Origin: Chloroflexota bacterium
GTDB taxonomy: Bacteria; Chloroflexota; Dehalococcoidia; UBA2979
NCBI GenBank assembly: GCA_003228125.1
Contig: QGNP01000001.1
Location: 67,524 to 131,523 of the forward strand
Reading direction: 5' to 3'
Length of the DNA stretch: 64,000 nt
The notes beneath the pieces are model-generated. The model saw only the letters and a program-made list of their open reading frames with translations. It made no database searches and was not told where the DNA came from. The translations under genes were made by a program, and so were the position numbers. The stretch's first letter is position 1. Every line of letters begins with the position of its first letter. Of the stretch, positions 58,539-64,000 are shown piece by piece.

Positions 58539-59774
58539 TTAATTATTCAAATAAGATTTTCTATTAAATTCTTTTTTTTCTGTATGTTTTTGTTTTTTTG
58601 CTTGAGTTTTAAGAGGCATGCCCCATATTGCAATAAATCCTTTTGCAATAGATTGATCAAAGTCATCATCGTCACCATAAGTCGCTAATTTTGGGTCGTA
58701 TAATGATTCATCTGACTTGATTCCATTTACAATAACTGATCCATGCCATAATTTTAATCTGACTGTACCATTTACATGTTCTTGAGTTGAATTAATATAG
58801 GAAGCTAAATTGATGTGATGACTACTAAACCAAAGACCATCATAAATCATTTTGCCATATTCATTGTCAATGAACTCTTTTAACTCTATTTGTTTACGAG
58901 TGAGCGTTATTGATTCAAGTGATTTATGTGCTTGTAGAAGCACAATAGCTGCTGGAGATTCATAAATTTCTCTAGATTTTATTCCTACTATTCTATCTTC
59001 CACCATATCAATTCTACCGATACCATGTTTTCCTGCTATATCGTTTAACTGTTGCACCATAGAAATTGTATCAATTTTTTGTTTGTTCAATGATACAGGT
59101 TCTCCATTTTTAAATTCAATTTCTATTTCTTCTCCTTGCATTGGAGTTTCATTGATTGGTTTAGTCCATTCATAAATTTCTTCTGGAGGCGCTATCCATG
59201 GATCTTCAAGATCTCCGCATTCTATAGATCTACCCCAAATATTTTCATCAGTTGAATAAGGAGAAGATTTAATTGGAGGTAGGGGTATATTATTTTTATT
59301 TGCATATACAATTACTTCTTCTCTGGTCATATTATTTTCTCTGCCTGTTGCAATAATTTCTACATCTGGCTTAAGTGTCTGAAGACTTACATCAAACCTA
59401 ACTTGATCGTTGCCTTTACCTGTGCATCCATGCGCAATTGCATTTGCACCTATTTGATTAGCTTTTTCTATAAGCATTTGAGCAATCAATGGCCTTGCAA
59501 GAGCTGTTGCTAGCGGGTATTTATTTTGATAAAGAGCATTTGCTTTTAATGCTGGTAAAACAAAATGTTGTAAAAAATCTGCTTTTGCATCAATTAGTTC
59601 TACTTCAACTGCACCTGACTCTAATCCACGTCTAACAATATCTTGACTATCTGGTAAATTTCCTAAATCAGCGGTCATGCAATAAACCTCATAGCCATAT
59701 TCTTTTTGTAAAATATTTACTGCAACTGATGTATCAAGGCCTCCAGAATATGCCAAAACAATTTTTTTAGTCAT
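58539..59774 (-). CDS. argG: argininosuccinate synthase
   Basis: 411 aa. 'VLAYSGGLDTSV' PP-loop. 'AHGCTGKGNDQVRF'. Confidence 0.9.
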   Translation of the reverse strand: MTKKIVLAYSGGLDTSVAVNILQKEYGYEVYCMTADLGNLPDSQDIVRRGLESGAVEVELIDAKADFLQHFVLPALKANALYQNKYPLATALARPLIAQMLIEKANQIGANAIAHGCTGKGNDQVRFDVSLQTLKPDVEIIATGRENNMTREEVIVYANKNNIPLPPIKSSPYSTDENIWGRSIECGDLEDPWIAPPEEIYEWTKPINETPMQGEEIEIEFKNGEPVSLNKQKIDTISMVQQLNDIAGKHGIGRIDMVEDRIVGIKSREIYESPAAIVLLQAHKSLESITLTRKQIELKEFIDNEYGKMIYDGLWFSSHHINLASYINSTQEHVNGTVRLKLWHGSVIVNGIKSDESLYDPKLATYGDDDDFDQSIAKGFIAIWGMPLKTQAKKQKHTEKKEFNRKSYLNN

Positions 59775-60979
59775 TACTTCTCCTCTTCAATGTCTTTAAT
59801 AATTTTTTTTGTGCTTTTTGTAATTATAGCAATAGCTTTATTTAATTCACCTGAGGTTACATTTAATGGTGGCATGAGTCTAATTATATTTGGCTTAACG
59901 GGATTAACGAGCAATCCATTTTTTATACACTCTTGTGAAATTTTTGGAGCTATGTCGCTAGAAAATTCAATACCCCTTAATAATCCTTTGCCTCTTATAT
60001 TAATAATATATTCATTTTTTGTTATTAATTTATCAAGTAGGTTATCTAATATTAAAATTGTTTGTTGTATTCTATCTATCATATTTTTTTTAAATAATCT
60101 CGATGCAATATAATACGCACCTGCACATGTGAGGACATTTCCGCCAAAGGTACTTCCATGGTCACCAGGAGTAAAAATGTTTGCTCTTTCAGTACACATT
60201 ATTCCTCCAATTGGTAATCCTCCTCCAAGTCCTTTAGCAGTAGTCATGATATCTGGCTTAATATCTTCATGTTGATGAGCCCAAGGCAAGCCAGTTCTAC
60301 CCATACCAGTTTGTATTTCATCTAATATGAATAATATATTATTCATATTACACCAGTCTCTTACTTCTGTAAGATAACCAAAATTTGGTGTGTTTACTCC
60401 ACCTTCGCCTTGAATTGGCTCAAGCATAATAGCAACTGTTTTTATGGAAGTCATTTTTTTTATATGTTCAATGCTATTAAATTCTACAAATTTAAAACCT
60501 GGCAACAGGGGCTTAAAATTATTCTTATAATTTTCATTGTCTGTAGCTGAAATTGTTGCTATTGTTCGACCGTGAAATGCATTTTTTGCAACGATTATTT
60601 CTGATGCTCCATTTTTATTAATTTTGCCCCATTTTCTTGCAAGCTTAATTGCAGCTTCATTTGCCTCTGCTCCTGAGTTACAAAACCAAATTTTATCCAT
60701 AGATGCTGATTGTAATAATAGCTTACCTAAGAGTATCTGTGGTTCTGAGTAAAAGATATTGGAAACATGAATTAATTTTTTTGCTTGATTTCCAATGGTT
60801 TTTGCGAGCCCTTTATCTGCATGTCCTAGAAGGTTGGTTGCTATGCCGCAAATAAAATCAAGATATTTATTTCCTTTATCATCCCAAACATAAGTACCTT
60901 TACCTTTGACAATAGTAATTGGAAGACGATTTGCAACCTGCATGAAAATTTTTGATTCAGTTAATTTGATATCATCCAT
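59774..60979 (-). CDS. argD: acetylornithine aminotransferase (class III PLP aminotransferase)
   Basis: 401 aa. 'ILDEIQTGMGRTG' and 'TTAKGLGGGLPIG' (Lys of the internal aldimine). In operon context with argG and argH. Confidence 0.8.
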   Translation of the reverse strand: MDDIKLTESKIFMQVANRLPITIVKGKGTYVWDDKGNKYLDFICGIATNLLGHADKGLAKTIGNQAKKLIHVSNIFYSEPQILLGKLLLQSASMDKIWFCNSGAEANEAAIKLARKWGKINKNGASEIIVAKNAFHGRTIATISATDNENYKNNFKPLLPGFKFVEFNSIEHIKKMTSIKTVAIMLEPIQGEGGVNTPNFGYLTEVRDWCNMNNILFILDEIQTGMGRTGLPWAHQHEDIKPDIMTTAKGLGGGLPIGGIMCTERANIFTPGDHGSTFGGNVLTCAGAYYIASRLFKKNMIDRIQQTILILDNLLDKLITKNEYIINIRGKGLLRGIEFSSDIAPKISQECIKNGLLVNPVKPNIIRLMPPLNVTSGELNKAIAIITKSTKKIIKDIEEEK

Positions 60980-61005
60980 TATTTTCCCAATAAATAAGTA
61001 TATAT

Positions 61006-63801
61006 TTAAGGATTATTTTCTAATTGCCCTATGATAGTTTTAATTTTTTCAATATTATTTTCAACTTCAATTAATAATTCTTCAGCTGATTTAGCTAATT
61101 CTGCTTTTGATTCTTTTGTAGTACTTGTTGATTTCTTTTCAGTATCAGAATTTAATTCAGCTGACTCATTTACTGTTGATTCTATGATTTTTTTGATTTT
61201 ATCAGGACTTAAAACTTGAGCCAATGCAGTTTCAAAGTCCTCAGCCATAGCAATCTCATTACCATTAGCTACAACAATTCTTACTAATTGAGGGAGCTTT
61301 CTAGTCGCTGCCTGCAAGTATATTGGCTCAACATACAATACAGAATTACCTATTGGTATCATTAATAAGTTACCTCGTATAACTTCTGAGCCTGTTGAGT
61401 CCCATAGAGATAATTGTTGTGAAATTATTGGATCTTGATCAATCAAGGCTTCGATTTGAGTCGGCCCTGGTATTTGCTTATCAGAAGGAAATCTATATGC
61501 TTTGAGTTTTCCATAATTTTCACCATCAGATCTACCTGCCAGCCATGCTATTGTATTAGGTCTATTTTGTGGATTGAATGGCAAAATCAGTGCAAATTCT
61601 ACATTTTCTTCACCAGGCAGAGTCATTACTACATAGTATGGTTCTACTTCTTGTTCTTTTTGTCTAAATTTTTCTGTAGGAATGCTCCAAAAATCTTCTC
61701 CTACAAAAAATACATTTGCATCAGTAACATGATACTTTAAATACATTTCTGCTTGAAGTTGAAAAAGTAGTTCTGGGTATCTTATATGGTCTTTTATGGA
61801 TTGAGGCATTTCAGCTTCATTTTTAAATAGTCCTGGAAATACTTTATTCCATGTAGAAGCAATAAAGTCTGATTCATCGTATAAATATAAATCAATATCA
61901 CCTGTTTGTGCATTAGTGATTACTTTTACACTATTACGAATATAATTTACATCTTTGCCGTAATTAGTTGAATATGGAAAAGCATTGGTATGAGTATATG
62001 CATCATGAATCCAATGCAATTGCCCATCAATCACTATGCTATATGGATCGGGATCTAAAAGTAAAAAAGGAGCTATCTTATTTACTCTTTCAAAAATATT
62101 TCTATGCAACAAAAGTCTAGAATCAGAGCCAAGTTGATCGGAAATTAGTATATTAACATCAGACAATTCCCAAGCTAGCGCACTTTTTTTGATGAACGAA
62201 TCTAATTTAATTCCTTTATCATAGGTATATCTGGTTGATTGATTTTTACCTTCATCTAGCGGATAATCAAACTCGTCTTCATTTGTTTTTACTAGTACAT
62301 AATGATTGGTTAATTCTCCGTAATAAATTCTTCCTCCATCAGTAGAAATAGCTAACTCTTCCACTGATGATTGAGGAGGAATGTTGTAAGTTAATAAATC
62401 TGGCAAGCCTTCATTGTCCACACTATTAACTGGTGCTATAGCTGAGCCAAAACCATGAGTCAATTGCAATCTTTCTCGTGTCCAATTCCTATCACCAGAA
62501 TTGTTTATGTCTAGTTCTCTAGTTGCTATCATGACAGAACTTAATTTGCCATCAATTGTATATCTGTCTACATCAACATCTGTAAATTTATAGAAAGGTC
62601 TTATTGATTGAATTTCATTAAAAGTATCTTTTAAAGGCCTAGGATCTAGTATTCTAATGTTGTCTATTGTTTCAGGATTGGCCGTGATTTCATCTTTTGA
62701 AACAGTTCTATTAGCTGGAAAAGTTTGTTCTTCAATATCACTTAATCCCCAAGCTATTCTTGAATAATCTATATTTCTTTGAATGTATGGTGCTTCTTTT
62801 TGTAATTCATTAGGATCAACAGTAAATTGTTGTATTGTTGAAGGTAAAATTGCACTGCCTATGATACTGACAAAAATCCATATACCTACAAGAAATATTG
62901 GCAATCGATAATTTGTTGAAAGGAATGCATTCACAATAGTTACTAAGCCAATAAATAGCCCCATTCCTCCTAATATATATCTAACAGGTAAACTAATTAT
63001 AACGTCAGTATATGTAGCCCCTTGAACGATGCCCCTTGAATCTAGTAGTATATTAAAAATATTAAGAAATATACCAGCTGATATTGTCATTATAATTAAT
63101 CCAATAAGAACGAATATATGTCTTTGAGTATTTTTAGGAATGCTTGATAAATTGTTAATTGATAAAGATGTTAAATAAATACCACCAGAAAAAAGAGTAC
63201 TAAATATTAATACACCTAATGTCCAACTTTGTATAAATTTGTACGCAGGCAAAGAAAATGTATAGAAAGATATATCTCTATCAAAAATTGGATCAGTAAG
63301 ATTGTATTGTACTGAATTAACAAATTTATAAAGAATATCCCAGCTACTTGCTGCTGATGTTCCAAAAGTTGTTGCTATAAAAATTGCTATTGAGAATAAA
63401 ATTATTGATGAAATTTTTGATGCAGATGGTGCTCCTAATTGTTTAAGTATATTGTTTGATGTATTTTTTGGAGACAGTTTTCTTGCTATAAAAATATTGA
63501 TACTGATAATAATAAGTGAAATGAAAAAACCTACTAAAAAAAGAATAATTTTTGCTGAGAGAATAGATTGATATATTGGTAAATATGACTCTGAAGAAGA
63601 AGAATCAGTTGATCCAAACCACAACCAATCAACATATATGCTTTTTAATGTTCCTATTACAAATAATGAGATAATTATAAAGGCTATGCTTGCTATAAAT
63701 TTAATTGGAATTTTTGGCAGAGATAAATTTTCACTATTAAAAGAAAAAACATCTTCTTGGTTATTATCTTTATTCGAATTGCCAAAATCAAAATACCCCA
63801 T
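61006..63801 (-). CDS. UPF0182-family large membrane protein (tentative)
   Basis: 931 aa. An N-terminal about 300 aa with about 7 TM helices, including the 'YVDWLWFGS' segment I associate with UPF0182 proteins. Then a large soluble region and an acidic, K/E-rich coiled C-terminus. RBS 'GGAGAAAAAATG'. Confidence 0.5.
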   Translation of the reverse strand: MGYFDFGNSNKDNNQEDVFSFNSENLSLPKIPIKFIASIAFIIISLFVIGTLKSIYVDWLWFGSTDSSSSESYLPIYQSILSAKIILFLVGFFISLIIISINIFIARKLSPKNTSNNILKQLGAPSASKISSIILFSIAIFIATTFGTSAASSWDILYKFVNSVQYNLTDPIFDRDISFYTFSLPAYKFIQSWTLGVLIFSTLFSGGIYLTSLSINNLSSIPKNTQRHIFVLIGLIIMTISAGIFLNIFNILLDSRGIVQGATYTDVIISLPVRYILGGMGLFIGLVTIVNAFLSTNYRLPIFLVGIWIFVSIIGSAILPSTIQQFTVDPNELQKEAPYIQRNIDYSRIAWGLSDIEEQTFPANRTVSKDEITANPETIDNIRILDPRPLKDTFNEIQSIRPFYKFTDVDVDRYTIDGKLSSVMIATRELDINNSGDRNWTRERLQLTHGFGSAIAPVNSVDNEGLPDLLTYNIPPQSSVEELAISTDGGRIYYGELTNHYVLVKTNEDEFDYPLDEGKNQSTRYTYDKGIKLDSFIKKSALAWELSDVNILISDQLGSDSRLLLHRNIFERVNKIAPFLLLDPDPYSIVIDGQLHWIHDAYTHTNAFPYSTNYGKDVNYIRNSVKVITNAQTGDIDLYLYDESDFIASTWNKVFPGLFKNEAEMPQSIKDHIRYPELLFQLQAEMYLKYHVTDANVFFVGEDFWSIPTEKFRQKEQEVEPYYVVMTLPGEENVEFALILPFNPQNRPNTIAWLAGRSDGENYGKLKAYRFPSDKQIPGPTQIEALIDQDPIISQQLSLWDSTGSEVIRGNLLMIPIGNSVLYVEPIYLQAATRKLPQLVRIVVANGNEIAMAEDFETALAQVLSPDKIKKIIESTVNESAELNSDTEKKSTSTTKESKAELAKSAEELLIEVENNIEKIKTIIGQLENNP

Positions 63802-63815
63802 TTTTTCTCCTGTAA

Positions 63816-64000
63816 TTATTTTATAATTGTTTGAATTGCTTTTTCTTTAAATATATCTTTAAGAATAGATGATCTATTGCTATTAGCGATATGGCATGTC
63901 ACACCTAATTTGGCAGCTTTTATACAGTTCTTAACTTTTGGTATCATTCCTTCGCTTATTATTTTTTCATTTATAAGTCGATTGGCATCTTTTATAGTTA
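63816..64000 (-). CDS. argB: acetylglutamate kinase, 3'-partial (C-terminal about 60 aa; gene continues beyond window)
   Basis: Hand translation of the minus strand gives '…ISEGMIPKVKNCIKAAKLGVTCHIANSNRSSILKDIFKEKAIQTIIK*'. This matches the ArgB C-terminus (GGMIPKV..C..A...GV...HI…LL.ELF…GIGT.I). Stop TAA at 63816–63818. Confidence 0.6.
   Translation of the reverse strand, partial: TIKDANRLINEKIISEGMIPKVKNCIKAAKLGVTCHIANSNRSSILKDIFKEKAIQTIIK

Overview
The window is a compact, AT-rich bacterial chromosomal segment: genes lie almost end to end, many overlap by 4 bp (ATGA, or a shared TTAA stop), and intergenic spacers are very short. Gene content and synteny point to a streamlined low-GC actinobacterium, possibly of the marine 'Candidatus Actinomarina' type. 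The pointers are a UPF0182-like giant membrane protein, gatC-gatA, KtrAB-type potassium uptake, and the Gram-positive rpmB / DAK2(YloV)-DegV-RecG arrangement. This taxon call is inference and was not verified by any search.

Most of the window is housekeeping:
- Pentose phosphate: tkt-tal-pgi operon, and rpe.
- Protein quality control: htpG, and a pair of M16 peptidases.
- Cell wall: a PBP1A.
- Translation: trpS, argS, gatCA, rpmB and a tRNA-Gly(CCC).
- DNA repair: recG.
- TCA cycle: citrate synthase.
- Arginine biosynthesis: argB…argD-argG-argH.

The regions that do not look routine are:
- A cobalamin-riboswitch-like leader in front of a btuFCD-type ABC importer.
- A sulfur, copper and heme-A assembly neighbourhood: SCO1, a CtaG/CopD-like membrane protein, a rhodanese lipoprotein, TusA, CtaA, and a fused YeeE/YedE permease followed by a small Cys-motif-less partner.
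- A stop-saturated (GTTATTA)n heptamer microsatellite sitting between ctaA and that small partner gene.
- A convergent acyl-CoA module built from a MaoC-like double-hotdog hydratase, an N-terminally extended acyl-CoA dehydrogenase (methylsuccinyl-CoA dehydrogenase-like), a CitE/HpcH-type CoA-ester lyase, a SucCD-like NDP-forming CoA ligase and a 72-aa mini-ferredoxin.
- A UPF0182-like gene embedded inside the arginine operon.
- A 509-aa membrane-anchored protein of unknown function with a long low-complexity linker.
- A 350-bp intergenic region carrying a perfect 14-bp-arm palindrome.

No transposases, integrases, CRISPR arrays or rRNA genes were seen.
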